Source: Dehalococcoidia bacterium
Lineage (GTDB): Bacteria; Chloroflexota; Dehalococcoidia; UBA2979
DNA length: 64,000 bases
Assembly (NCBI GenBank): GCA_964291495.2
Contig: OZ219872.1
Location: 512,001-576,000 of the forward strand
Direction of reading: 5' to 3'
Numbering within the stretch: position 1 is the stretch's first letter; each line of letters starts with the position of its first letter. The translations under genes were made by a program, and so were the position numbers. The notes beneath the pieces are model-generated. The model had not been told where the DNA came from, ran no database searches, and worked only from the letters and a program-made list of their open reading frames with translations. Below are positions 18,400 to 27,408 of this stretch, one piece after another.

Positions 18400-19839
18400 T
18401 CAGACCTCCGCGGCTCCCGCCCGCAGCCGCTCGACCAGGTCGTCGCGCAGCTCGCCGCGCGCGCCGGGCGGACGCACCGTCGAGCCGATCGCGCAGTTCG
18501 TCGACTCCATGATGACGTCGATCATACGGAGCCGGTTGGCGCGCAGGGTGGAGCCCGTCTCCGTCCCCTCGATCAGGATCTCGGCGTCGTCCGGCACGAA
18601 GCCCTCGGACGCCCCGGAGATCGGCAGCACCTGGTAGCGCCCGAGGTGCCGCTCGCGTGCGTAGTGATCGGCCAGGGCGACGTACTCCGAGGCGACGCGA
18701 ATCGGCCGCTCCGGGTCGTCGCGCCGCCACCAGGCGATCGCCTCGGCGATCGTCTCGGCGGGCACGGCCTCGGGCACGACCGCGCCCAGGCGGTAGCGGC
18801 TGCGCCGCAGATCGCACAGCTCGGCCACCGGCGAGAGCGGGAATGCCGCGAGGTGCGCGGCGAGCCAGTCGCGCCCCGTCAGCGCAAGGTCGAAGCAGCC
18901 GAGCGCGACGGCCTGCGGCATGTCCTGCGGGCGGATCACCTTCACCTCGAGGCCCTCGATGCCGGAGCGCGGGTGGCGGTCCGTGGCGCCGTCGCCGTAG
19001 CCCTCGAAGCGCAGGCCGGCGGAGGCGAGCGCCTCGACAGTGTGCGGCTGCGCGTGCCCGTCCGGCAGCGCGAGGCGGAAGACGCCGCGATCGCCGTCCG
19101 AGCGCCGCGAGGCGATGCCGTCGAGGCCGCCGTTGCGGCCGTTGCCGCGGGGCAGCGGGCGCGCCTCGGCGGCGTCCCGGTCGCCGGCCGGCAGCGCGAG
19201 CAGCGGCCCCAGCGCCTCCGCGAGATCGCGGCTCGCGAGGGCGTCGCGGTTGGCGACGAGGGTTGCCGAGCCGCGTTGCACCTCGGCGACGACGGCCAGT
19301 CCCTCCCGGGCGAGAACGGCGTCGGCCCCAGCCTCGTCGAGCGGCACGCCGAGGATGGCGGCGTCGGCGTCCTCCGGCGGCCAGGCCTCGGGCTGGCCCC
19401 AGACCTCGATCACGCGGTAGTCCGGCACGCGAAGGTAGTTGAGCGCGCGCGTCGCCAGGTTCGGGTGCGTCGTCGTCACCCGCACGCCCGGCGTCGCGGC
19501 GAGGCGGTCGAGCGTGACGCCCTCGGGCGCTGCGAGCACCAGCCGCCGGCCGCCGAGGTCGAGCGGCCGCAGCGGCGTCAGCGAGTCGAGCGGGTAGCGC
19601 GCCAGCAGCTCGTCGACCCAGGCGCGGCTGGTGATGCCGAGGTCGTACTGGCCGAGCGCGACCTGGATCGGGATGTCCTCCTCGGCGAAGACGCGCACGA
19701 GCACGCCGGGCCGCCCCTCGACCGGGAAGCGGTACGCGCGCGATCCGCCCTCGTAGCCCTCGACGGCGAAGCCGGCCGCACGCAGGCGCTCGGCGAGCGG
19801 CGCGCGGAGGTCGCCGCGCGGGAGTGCGACGCGGATCAC
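18400..19839 (-). CDS. hisG: ATP phosphoribosyltransferase with two tandem short-form HisG domains
   Basis: Two copies of xALPxG...D(I/M)PxxVALGxxDLx(I/L)T; the second has IEGTETGSTLRANRL. GTG 19839 overlaps the hisZ stop. Confidence 0.92.
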   Translation of the reverse strand: MIRVALPRGDLRAPLAERLRAAGFAVEGYEGGSRAYRFPVEGRPGVLVRVFAEEDIPIQVALGQYDLGITSRAWVDELLARYPLDSLTPLRPLDLGGRRLVLAAPEGVTLDRLAATPGVRVTTTHPNLATRALNYLRVPDYRVIEVWGQPEAWPPEDADAAILGVPLDEAGADAVLAREGLAVVAEVQRGSATLVANRDALASRDLAEALGPLLALPAGDRDAAEARPLPRGNGRNGGLDGIASRRSDGDRGVFRLALPDGHAQPHTVEALASAGLRFEGYGDGATDRHPRSGIEGLEVKVIRPQDMPQAVALGCFDLALTGRDWLAAHLAAFPLSPVAELCDLRRSRYRLGAVVPEAVPAETIAEAIAWWRRDDPERPIRVASEYVALADHYARERHLGRYQVLPISGASEGFVPDDAEILIEGTETGSTLRANRLRMIDVIMESTNCAIGSTVRPPGARGELRDDLVERLRAGAAEV

Positions 19840-20864
19840 GACGCTGCCTCCGGCGCGAGCGCGGCAAGGCGCAGCAGGTCGGCGGCGAAGCCCGAGGCGG
19901 GCGCCGGGCGCCCCCCGATCGCCTCCGCCATGCCGTCGTAGCGCCCTCCGACAAGACAGGCCTCGCCGCCCGTGAAGGCGCGGAAGGTGAGGCCGGTGTA
20001 GTACTCGAAGCTGCCCCCGGCCGCGGGCGCGAGATCGCAGGCGACTCCCGCCGCCTCGAGCGTACGCATGGCCGCGCGCAGTTCCGCGATCGGCTGTGCG
20101 GCCTCCGGCAGCGCGGCCTCGACGTTGTCGAGGTAGCCCCCGCCCCCGCCGCGGATCTCCAGCAGCAGGCGCAGGCCGGTCGCCCGTTCCGGGCTCGCCG
20201 CCGCCGGCTCGCCGGCGACGGCCTCCACGGCGTCCGCGCCGCCCTCGATCACGCGGTCGAGCGCCTCGATCTGCCCGGCCGCGTCGAGGCCGGTCGCCGC
20301 CAGCGCGGCGCGCAGCAGGCCGGCGTGGGCGAGCTCGAAGCGCAGATCGCCGAGTCCGAGGGCGCTCAGCAGCTCGCGGGCGAGACCAAGCAGCTCGACG
20401 TCGCCCTCGGGAGCGGCGCGGCCGAACAGCTCGACGCCGCACTGCCACAGCTCGCGATCGCCGTCGCCGGCGTCGAAGCGGTAGACGGGCTGTACGTAGC
20501 TGAGCCGCGCGGCCTCGCCCTCGGAGGCGTCGGCCCGGCTCTCGAACCAGCGCACCGCGGGCAGCGTGCTGTCCGGGCGCAGCACCATCCGCTCGCCGCT
20601 CCACCCGTCCCAGTCGAGGAACGAGTAGACGCGGTCCAGCAGCTGCGGCGAGAGCGCACCGGCGCTGGTGAAGAGGTGCAACGGCTCCACGGTGGGCGTG
20701 CGGATCTCCTGGTACCCCGCCGCCGCCGTCACCTCGAGGAATCGCGCCTCGACGCGGCGGAAGCGCCGCATCTCGTCCGGTCCGATGTCGTGCATGCCGC
20801 GGCTGCGCAGGGCCTCGGTGCGGCTCGCGGCGGGGGTGCTTGTTTCGGTCTCGGATTCGCTCAC
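19836..20864 (-). CDS. hisZ: ATP phosphoribosyltransferase regulatory subunit
   Basis: RGMHD, IRTPTVE, LRPDST, QCGVEL, YYTG and GGRYD motifs; no anticodon domain; adjacent to hisG. Confidence 0.9.
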   Translation of the reverse strand: MSESETETSTPAASRTEALRSRGMHDIGPDEMRRFRRVEARFLEVTAAAGYQEIRTPTVEPLHLFTSAGALSPQLLDRVYSFLDWDGWSGERMVLRPDSTLPAVRWFESRADASEGEAARLSYVQPVYRFDAGDGDRELWQCGVELFGRAAPEGDVELLGLARELLSALGLGDLRFELAHAGLLRAALAATGLDAAGQIEALDRVIEGGADAVEAVAGEPAAASPERATGLRLLLEIRGGGGGYLDNVEAALPEAAQPIAELRAAMRTLEAAGVACDLAPAAGGSFEYYTGLTFRAFTGGEACLVGGRYDGMAEAIGGRPAPASGFAADLLRLAALAPEAAS

Positions 20865-20940
20865 GCTCGTCTCACTCTCTCGGCCTCGTGTGGGTGGTCT
20901 GGTCTCGTGGGCCGGGACGACGGCGCCGCTCTGTGCGGAC

Positions 20941-20974
20941 ACAGAAACGCCGCGACGGAGTTCCGCCGCGGCGT
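20941..20974 (-). terminator. Attenuator terminator hairpin of the his leader
   Basis: ACGCCGCGGCGG-AACT-CCGTCGCGGCGT (12 bp, one G-U) followed by TTCTGT. Confidence 0.7.
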
Positions 20975-20996
20975 GTCACTGGCATCAGCGTTCCGG

Positions 20997-21089
20997 CTAG
21001 CGATGCAAGCGGCTTCGCGGCGGCGACTCCTCGCCCCGATGGCTATGCGCATGCGCGCGCCCGCCGCTGATCTCGTACGTACGCATCAT
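20997..21089 (-). CDS. His leader peptide (M)MRTYEISGGRAHAHSHRGEESPPRSRLHR
   Basis: Four His codons, all CAT, between a promoter and a terminator upstream of hisZ. Confidence 0.72.
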   Translation of the reverse strand: MMRTYEISGGRAHAHSHRGEESPPRSRLHR

Positions 21090-21093
21090 GCCG

Positions 21094-21122
21094 ATCGTAG
21101 GAGCACCGCTCTGCGAGGGCAA
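21094..21122 (-). promoter_or_regulatory. Sigma70-type promoter of the his operon
   Basis: TTGCCC-N17-TACGAT, with ATGs 4 and 7 nt downstream (leaderless geometry). Confidence 0.65.
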
Positions 21123-21134
21123 GCGCGTCGCCCC

Positions 21135-21947
21135 TCACAGCGTGGTCACATCGCCCGCGGCGAAGCTGCGCTCCGATCCGTCGTCGAGGCGCAGCGTCAG
21201 CTCGCCGGTCTCCGTGACGCCGACGGCGACGCCCTCGACGACGCCCCCACCTGCCTCCGGACCGGCGGGTGCGAGCTGTATCCGCCGCCCGATTGTCTCG
21301 AGGCGCGCGCGCCAATCGGCGAGGAAGGCTGCAGGGTCGCGCTCGATCTGCTCCACGCGCCGTTCGAGCGCCCTGGACAGCTCGGCGAGCAGCGTCTCGG
21401 CGTCTGGCGGCGTCGCGCCCGCGCCCTCGATGCTCGTCGCGCGCGCGCGGTCGTCCGGGGGCAGTCCCGCGGTCGCGGCCTCTCGCAGGTTCAGGCCGAT
21501 GCCGAGGAAGACCTCGATGCCGCCCCGCGCGGTTCGCGCGTCGGCCAGTACGCCGGCCAGCTTGCGGCCGCCGGCAAGCACGTCGTTCGGCCACTTGAGC
21601 GTGACGCCGAGGCCGCAGGAGGACTCGACCGCCTCCGCGGTGGCGAGGCCGCCGGCGGCGCTGAGCAGCGGGGTGTGCGAGCCGGCGGCGGGGCAGAGGT
21701 GGAAGGTGACGAGCAGCGCCGCGCCCGGCGCGGCGACCCAGCGGCGCCCGAAGCGCCCTCGGCCGGCGGTCTGCTCGCCGGCGAGATGGGCGTCGCCGCA
21801 GCCGGCGGCCCCGCGCCGGTCCGCGCCCGCGCGCGCGTCGTCCATCGTCGAGGTGGTCTGCGCGACGGCATGCACCAGCGCGCCGATGCGCCCGCCGCCG
21901 CGCAGCGAGGCGTAGCGCTCGTGATCGAAGGCTGCGTCGGACGCCAT
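21135..21947 (-). CDS. birA: Biotin-protein ligase (no N-terminal HTH)
   Basis: STMD, QTAGRGRFGRRW, LKWPND, KLAGVL and GIGLN motifs. Confidence 0.93.
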   Translation of the reverse strand: MASDAAFDHERYASLRGGGRIGALVHAVAQTTSTMDDARAGADRRGAAGCGDAHLAGEQTAGRGRFGRRWVAAPGAALLVTFHLCPAAGSHTPLLSAAGGLATAEAVESSCGLGVTLKWPNDVLAGGRKLAGVLADARTARGGIEVFLGIGLNLREAATAGLPPDDRARATSIEGAGATPPDAETLLAELSRALERRVEQIERDPAAFLADWRARLETIGRRIQLAPAGPEAGGGVVEGVAVGVTETGELTLRLDDGSERSFAAGDVTTL

Positions 21948-21967
21948 CGGCGAGCCTCCCGGACGCA

Positions 21968-21996
21968 GAACACCCCGGCCGCTGGCCGGGGTGTTC
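21968..21996. terminator. Perfect 13-bp hairpin, probable terminator
   Basis: GAACACCCCGGCC-GCT-GGCCGGGGTGTTC. Confidence 0.65.
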
Positions 21997-22019
21997 CGTT
22001 CAGTCTCACGGGCAGAGGA

Positions 22020-22091
22020 TCAGCCCGCGGACACCTCCGTGGAGATGTCCCACCGGTGGTCCTCGGCCTCGTGACTACGATCATCATCCAT
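22020..22091 (-). CDS. Candidate 23-aa small protein MDDDRSHEAEDHRWDISTEVSAG
   Basis: Perfect SD AAGGAGGTGA 7 nt upstream, promoter TTGACG-N18-TATCGT, downstream hairpin. Confidence 0.55.
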   Translation of the reverse strand: MDDDRSHEAEDHRWDISTEVSAG

Positions 22092-22145
22092 GTGGGCATC
22101 ACCTCCTTCCTCGAAACCGACGATAGGCCCGCCGCCGCGCAAGCG

Positions 22146-23618
22146 TCAATCGGCAGGCGGCGCGGTCGTCTCCGCCTCCTCGGACGGCTCGGGCTCCGCT
22201 TCGCCGAGGGTGTAGCCGCGGAAGGAGAGGAAGCCGATGAAGACCAGCACGGCGGCGACGGGGCCAACGAGGCGCACGCCGAGCGGGTCGCTCGCGCTGT
22301 CGCCGGCGAGCAACACGATCGCGAGCAGCAGCGGCGCGAAGGCCGAGGCGCTCTTCTCCAGCAGGTTCTGCGAGCCGTAGAACATCCCCTCGCGCCGCGT
22401 CGAGGTGCGCCGCGCGTCGTGGTCGACGATGTCGGCGATCAGGATGTTGGGCAGCATCAGGATGCCGGCGAGCGGCATCCCGGTGATGAGGATCACGACC
22501 GCCGCCTGCGCCACCCTCGAGATCCCCGGCATGAAGCCGGCGAAGAAGAGCAGGATCAGGCCGCCCATGCTCCACAGCATCGCCGTGCGGAAGGCGTACG
22601 CGTTGCCCCTGCGCCTTGCGAGCGGCGTGAAGATCGCGATCCCGATCAGCACGCCGAGGATCACGATGACCGTGAGCGCGAAGGTGAAGATGCCCTCGTC
22701 CTCGGAGCCGCTGAAGCCGAATGCCTCGCTCGTCGAGAGCGCCGCCGAGACGTAGAAGGGGAAGAGCGCCGTCAGCATCAGCTGGGCGATGCGGAAGAAG
22801 ATGAAGCTCGGCAGGAAGGCGACGAACTGCTTGTTGGAGAACGTCTCGCGGACCGAGCGCTTGAACCCCGGCGTCGAGGGCGTGTCGTCGCTCTTCGCGT
22901 ATCTCCAGCACCCGAACAACGCCGTGTAGCGGGTCGCCAGGGCGACCGCGGCCATGATCGCCGCCATCGTCGTGAACCCCACGAAGTCCACCAGCAGTGA
23001 GCTGATCGAGAGCCCAATGAAGGCCCCGAAGACGCCGAAGGCCAGCTGGTAGGCCGCCACCGTCACGCGGTGCTGGTGCGACCTCGCGATGTGCGGGAGC
23101 AGCGCCTCCAGCGGCGCCCCCGAGATGTTGCTGGACAGCCAGAAGATCTCGAGGATGACGACCAGCCAGAGCAGGTTCGCGAAGCTCTCGCCGGCCACCG
23201 GCGGGGCGAACAGCAGCGCGAACAGCAGCGCCCACCACGGCGTCCCGAGCAGGATCCAGGGGATGCGCCGCCCCCAGCGCGACCTCGTGCGATCGGTCAG
23301 GTAGCCGACGACCGGGTCGTCGACAGACTCCACGATGCGGGCGACGGTCAGGAGCAGGCCGAGCACGACACGCGGCGCGAGCTCGTCGGGGAACGAGAAG
23401 CCGCCGAGGTCGAGCCCCGGCAGGCCGACCGCGGGGATGCGGGTGTCGAGGTCATCCCGGTCGGACGGCGGCGCGTAGAAGAAGATCAGCCACAGCGAGA
23501 AGGCCTGCGAGATGACGTTGCCGGAGACGGACCCGCTGGCGTAGAAGACCCTGGTGCGCAGCGGCCGCTGTTCGTCTGTCACGCCGCCCCCCATCCGGCT
23601 CGCGCCGGTTGCCGGCAT
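22146..23618 (-). CDS. MFS transporter, glycoside-pentoside-hexuronide family
   Basis: DDPVVGYLTDRTRSRWGRRIPW, ADIVDHD...RREGMFYG; about 12 TM helices. Start may be GTG near 23582. Confidence 0.88.
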   Translation of the reverse strand: MPATGASRMGGGVTDEQRPLRTRVFYASGSVSGNVISQAFSLWLIFFYAPPSDRDDLDTRIPAVGLPGLDLGGFSFPDELAPRVVLGLLLTVARIVESVDDPVVGYLTDRTRSRWGRRIPWILLGTPWWALLFALLFAPPVAGESFANLLWLVVILEIFWLSSNISGAPLEALLPHIARSHQHRVTVAAYQLAFGVFGAFIGLSISSLLVDFVGFTTMAAIMAAVALATRYTALFGCWRYAKSDDTPSTPGFKRSVRETFSNKQFVAFLPSFIFFRIAQLMLTALFPFYVSAALSTSEAFGFSGSEDEGIFTFALTVIVILGVLIGIAIFTPLARRRGNAYAFRTAMLWSMGGLILLFFAGFMPGISRVAQAAVVILITGMPLAGILMLPNILIADIVDHDARRTSTRREGMFYGSQNLLEKSASAFAPLLLAIVLLAGDSASDPLGVRLVGPVAAVLVFIGFLSFRGYTLGEAEPEPSEEAETTAPPAD

Positions 23619-23633
23619 GCTACGCGATCGCGA

Positions 23634-24395
23634 TCACTCCTCGCCGTAGACGCCCCGCAGCTCGGGAGGCAGCAGCGCGGCGACGGCGCCCATCACCGCC
23701 CGCGCGCCCTCCTCGTCGCTCATTCGCTCCAGCGTGAACGGCTCGCCGAACGTCGCGACCATCGCGCCGCTCTCGTCATCGCGCACGGCGACGGGGACCA
23801 GCGGCGTTGTGCCCGAGGACAGCCAGGAGAGCGCCGCGCCGGAACCCGGCCAGGCTGAAGCCAGCTCCGGCCCGGAGCCGCTCGCCGCCTCGGGCGTGAT
23901 GCCGAGGACGGCGCCTGCGCGCAGGATCTCGCGCGCCTCGCGCAGCAGCGACGAGCGGGAGCGCACCTCGTCGTCCGGCTTGGCCACCAGCAGCAGCCCG
24001 TAGGCGCTGCCGATCTTGGCGAGCAGCCAGGCCATCAGCCGGTCCGGCATCGGCACGCCGAAGTAGCGGAAGCGCTCGAAGCGGTCGGTGATCAGCCAGT
24101 GCACGGGCGGCTCGCCCCCGCGATGGCTCTCGAGCGCCGCGCCGGCCAGCGCCGCGCACCACCAGACGCGCAGGCCCGGCCGCTCGTAGTGGTTCATCAC
24201 CACGATGCAGGCGCCCTCGCGCGGCACGTGCTCGATGCCCTCGACGCGCGGGCGCGGCTGCGCGCCCCGCAGCATCGCGCGCGAGTCGGGCCCCAGCCTT
24301 CGCGGCCGCCGCAGCACGGCGACCTCGAACAGCCAGCGCACGATGTAAACGAGGCTGAAGTCGTACGACTGCGCGGTGGACGGATCGCGGTCCAT
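23634..24395 (-). CDS. PlsC-like lysophospholipid acyltransferase
   Basis: VEGIEHVP...VVMNH, GITPE and PLVPVAV motifs. Confidence 0.7.
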   Translation of the reverse strand: MDRDPSTAQSYDFSLVYIVRWLFEVAVLRRPRRLGPDSRAMLRGAQPRPRVEGIEHVPREGACIVVMNHYERPGLRVWWCAALAGAALESHRGGEPPVHWLITDRFERFRYFGVPMPDRLMAWLLAKIGSAYGLLLVAKPDDEVRSRSSLLREAREILRAGAVLGITPEAASGSGPELASAWPGSGAALSWLSSGTTPLVPVAVRDDESGAMVATFGEPFTLERMSDEEGARAVMGAVAALLPPELRGVYGEE

Positions 24396-24406
24396 CGGCT
24401 TGGCCC

Positions 24407-25696
24407 CTACGCGCCCTCCGCCGCCACGCCCGAGGCGACAAGCGCGTCTATCTCGTCCTCGGGCAGGCCGAACTCGCGCAGCAGCTCGCGGGTGTGGCGG
24501 CCGACCGGCGGGGCGGCGCTGCGCGCGCGCGTCGGCGTCTCCGAGAGCTCGATGATCGGGCCGACCACGCGCTGCGGGCCCGTCACCTCGTGCTCGAGCT
24601 CCGCCATGATGCCCTCGGCGGCGACCTGCGGATCGTCGGACATCTCCTCCGGCAGGTTGACCGGCGAGACGGGCGTGCCCGCCGCCTCGAAGGCCTCGAC
24701 CCACTCGGCGACGGTGCGCTCGGCGATGCGATCGCGGATCACCTGCTTCCAGCGCTCGGCCTCGGCCAGGTTGACGGGATCGAGGGCGTCGTAGTCCGGG
24801 TCGTCGCAGTTCTCGCCCTCGAGGCCGAGGACCTGCCGCATTGCGTCGCGGTTCGCCTTGGTGAGCGCGCCGAGGACCACGCCGCCGTCCTTCGCCTGGT
24901 AGCCGTTGTAGTAGAGCGCGAACTGCGTCCCCAGCTCGCGGCCGGCCATGCGGATGTCGACCACCTCGCGGTAGTCGGCGCCTCTCGCGCGCGCCTCGTC
25001 GACCTTCGCCATCGTCACGTCGCGCACGGCGCTGTCGGAGACCGGCTCGCGCATCGTGATGTGGCCCTGCCCGAACATCGCCGAGCGCAGCAGCGAGCCG
25101 GAGACCTTCTGGCCCTCGCCGGTTTGTTCGCGGTGGTAGAGGGCCGTGCTCACGCCCATCGCGGTGGCGATGCCCGTCATGTAGTCGGCCCAGGCGCCGG
25201 CCTTGAGCGCCAGCGGCTCGCCGCCCTCGCCGACCTTGCCCTCGCCCGCCATCAGCCCGGAGTAGGCCTGCGCGACGATGTCCGAGGCCGGGAACCCGGC
25301 CAGCCGCCCGCGCGTCCCGAAGCCCGTGCTCTCCACGTAGATCAGGTCCGGCCGGATCGCGCGCAGCGTCTCGTAGTCGATGCCCAGCCGCTTCGCCACG
25401 CCGAGGCGGTAGTTCACGATCACCACGTCGGTGCGCGGCACGAGCCGGTGGATCAGCGCCCGCCCCTCCTCGCGGCCGAGGTCGACGACGAGGCTGCGCT
25501 TGCCTCGGTTGAAGTTCTGGAACAGCTTGCCCTCGTTCGGCACGACCGCGCGGTTGCGGCGGTGCGGCTCGCCGCCGGGCGGCTCCACCTTCACCACGTC
25601 CGCGCCGAGGTCGCCGAGGATCACGCCGCAGACCGGCCCGGCGACCACCACCGAGAACTCGAGCACCCGGATCCCGTCGAGCGCGCCTGCGCGCAT
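24407..25696 (-). CDS. CoA-transferase family III (CaiB/BaiF)
   Basis: ALDGIRVLE, GADVVKVEPP and NRGKRSL motifs. Confidence 0.92.
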   Translation of the reverse strand: MRAGALDGIRVLEFSVVVAGPVCGVILGDLGADVVKVEPPGGEPHRRNRAVVPNEGKLFQNFNRGKRSLVVDLGREEGRALIHRLVPRTDVVIVNYRLGVAKRLGIDYETLRAIRPDLIYVESTGFGTRGRLAGFPASDIVAQAYSGLMAGEGKVGEGGEPLALKAGAWADYMTGIATAMGVSTALYHREQTGEGQKVSGSLLRSAMFGQGHITMREPVSDSAVRDVTMAKVDEARARGADYREVVDIRMAGRELGTQFALYYNGYQAKDGGVVLGALTKANRDAMRQVLGLEGENCDDPDYDALDPVNLAEAERWKQVIRDRIAERTVAEWVEAFEAAGTPVSPVNLPEEMSDDPQVAAEGIMAELEHEVTGPQRVVGPIIELSETPTRARSAAPPVGRHTRELLREFGLPEDEIDALVASGVAAEGA

Positions 25697-25786
25697 CGCG
25701 ACCTCCCGTGCGGGCGGCATCGGGCCACTCCCGCACCGCGCGCATGGTAGCGTGCGCCCGCAGCGAGGCGGGAGAGGAGCCGCGCG

Positions 25787-26518
25787 GTGATCAAGGCAAT
25801 CCTGGCGCTCTGGGCGGAGGACGACCTGGAGCCGCTGGACGTCCAGTGGGAGCTGGTCGACCGCTGCGCGGAGACGGTGCTCGGCAGCGGCGCCGCGCCG
25901 CCACCGCTCGGTCTCGCGCTCAACCTCGCCGACCTCGCCAGCGGCGAGCGCTGGGATCGCGGCGGACCGGAAGGGCCGATGGCGGACGCGCTGGTCGCCG
26001 TCTGGGCCAAGGACGCCTGGGCCGAGGACGGAACGCTCGCGGCCTTCGCCGACGCCCTCGCGGGCACGGAGGGCGTCGCCCGCCTCGCGGGCTGGACGGT
26101 CGAGGAGCACTACCCGAAGCGCTACGAGCGCGACTGGGTAGACGGCGAGCTGACGCCGGGCGTGAAGATGATGACGCTGATGCGGCTCGCTCCGGGCCGC
26201 TCGCACGAGCAGTGCGCACGCCACTGGCGCGAGGTGCACACGGGCCTCGCGCTGCGCATCCACGTCGGGATGCAGCACTACGTGCAGAACGTCGTCCACG
26301 CGCCCCTCGCCGGCGCCGACCCCGACGTCTTCGGCATCGTCGAGCTGCACATGCGATCGCGCGAGGCCTTCCGCGAGGAGCGCTACGACTCCGACGAAGG
26401 GCGGCGCGAGATCTACGAGGACATCCCGAAGTTCATGGCGCTGGACCGCGCGACCGGCGGCTACTTCACGGAGCGCATCCTGCGCACCCCGCCCGGAGAG
26501 GCGCGGGGCGCCTCGTAG
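25787..26518 (+). CDS. EthD-domain protein
   Basis: VKMMTLMR...RHWREVH...HYVQN...FGIVEL pattern. Confidence 0.75.
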   Translation: MIKAILALWAEDDLEPLDVQWELVDRCAETVLGSGAAPPPLGLALNLADLASGERWDRGGPEGPMADALVAVWAKDAWAEDGTLAAFADALAGTEGVARLAGWTVEEHYPKRYERDWVDGELTPGVKMMTLMRLAPGRSHEQCARHWREVHTGLALRIHVGMQHYVQNVVHAPLAGADPDVFGIVELHMRSREAFREERYDSDEGRREIYEDIPKFMALDRATGGYFTERILRTPPGEARGAS

Positions 26519-26547
26519 CGGCCGGGCTTCGCGGAAGGGACGCGGCG

Positions 26548-27387
26548 ATGCAACAGTTCGAGGGCCGCGCGGCGGTCGTCACCGGCGGTGCGAGCGGCAT
26601 CGGCCGCGCGCTCGCCACGCGCTTCGCCGAGGCGGGCATGCGCATCGTGCTCGCCGATGTCGAGCGCGACGCCCTCGAGGCGACCGCAGGCGAGCTGCGG
26701 GACGGCGGCGCGGAGGTGCTCGCCGTCGAGACGGATGTCTCGAGCGCGGAGAGCGTCGACGCCCTCGCAGACCGCGCGTACGAGGCGTTCGGCGCGGTCC
26801 ACGTGGTCTGCAACAACGCCGGGGTGGGCGGCGCGAACGTCGCCGCCTACCGCGCCACGCTCGCCGACTGGCAGTGGACGCTCGGCGTGAACCTCTGGGG
26901 CGTGATCCACGGCGTGCGCGCCTTCGTCCCGAGGATGCTCGACGGCGGGGAGGAGGGCCACGTCGTCAACACCGCCTCGATCGCGGGGCTGACTCCGCTA
27001 CCCGGCAACGCCCCCTACGGCGTGAGCAAGGCCGGGGTGGTCGCGCTGACCGAGTCGCTGTACCTGGAGCTGGAGCGGCGGGGCGCGCCGGTGCGCGCCT
27101 CGGTGCTCTGCCCGGGCATCGTGCAGACGAACATCCTGGACTCCCAGCGCAATCGGCCGGAGGCGCTGCGCAATCCCGAACCGCCGCGCCCCGATCCGGC
27201 GCAGGAGCGACTGCGCGAAGAGTTCGCGCGGAGCGCGATCGCGCCCGCCGAGGTCGCCGCGAAGGTCTTCGAGGCGATCCGCGATGAGCGCTTCTGGATC
27301 CTCACGCACGACATCGACTCGTGGATACGCCGCCGCAGCGAGGGCATCCTCTCTCGCGCCAACCCGCAGGCCCGGCCGCGCGGGTAG
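26548..27387 (+). CDS. Short-chain dehydrogenase/reductase
   Basis: TGGASGIG, NNAG and YGVSK motifs. Confidence 0.93.
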   Translation: MQQFEGRAAVVTGGASGIGRALATRFAEAGMRIVLADVERDALEATAGELRDGGAEVLAVETDVSSAESVDALADRAYEAFGAVHVVCNNAGVGGANVAAYRATLADWQWTLGVNLWGVIHGVRAFVPRMLDGGEEGHVVNTASIAGLTPLPGNAPYGVSKAGVVALTESLYLELERRGAPVRASVLCPGIVQTNILDSQRNRPEALRNPEPPRPDPAQERLREEFARSAIAPAEVAAKVFEAIRDERFWILTHDIDSWIRRRSEGILSRANPQARPRG

Positions 27388-27408
27388 GCGGGACGGGGAG
27401 GACGAGCG

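Noticed and set aside
21135-21947. Idea that the HisB HTH was moved from the HTH-less birA
   Set aside because: HTH-less BirA is common and the resemblance is generic HTH pattern only.
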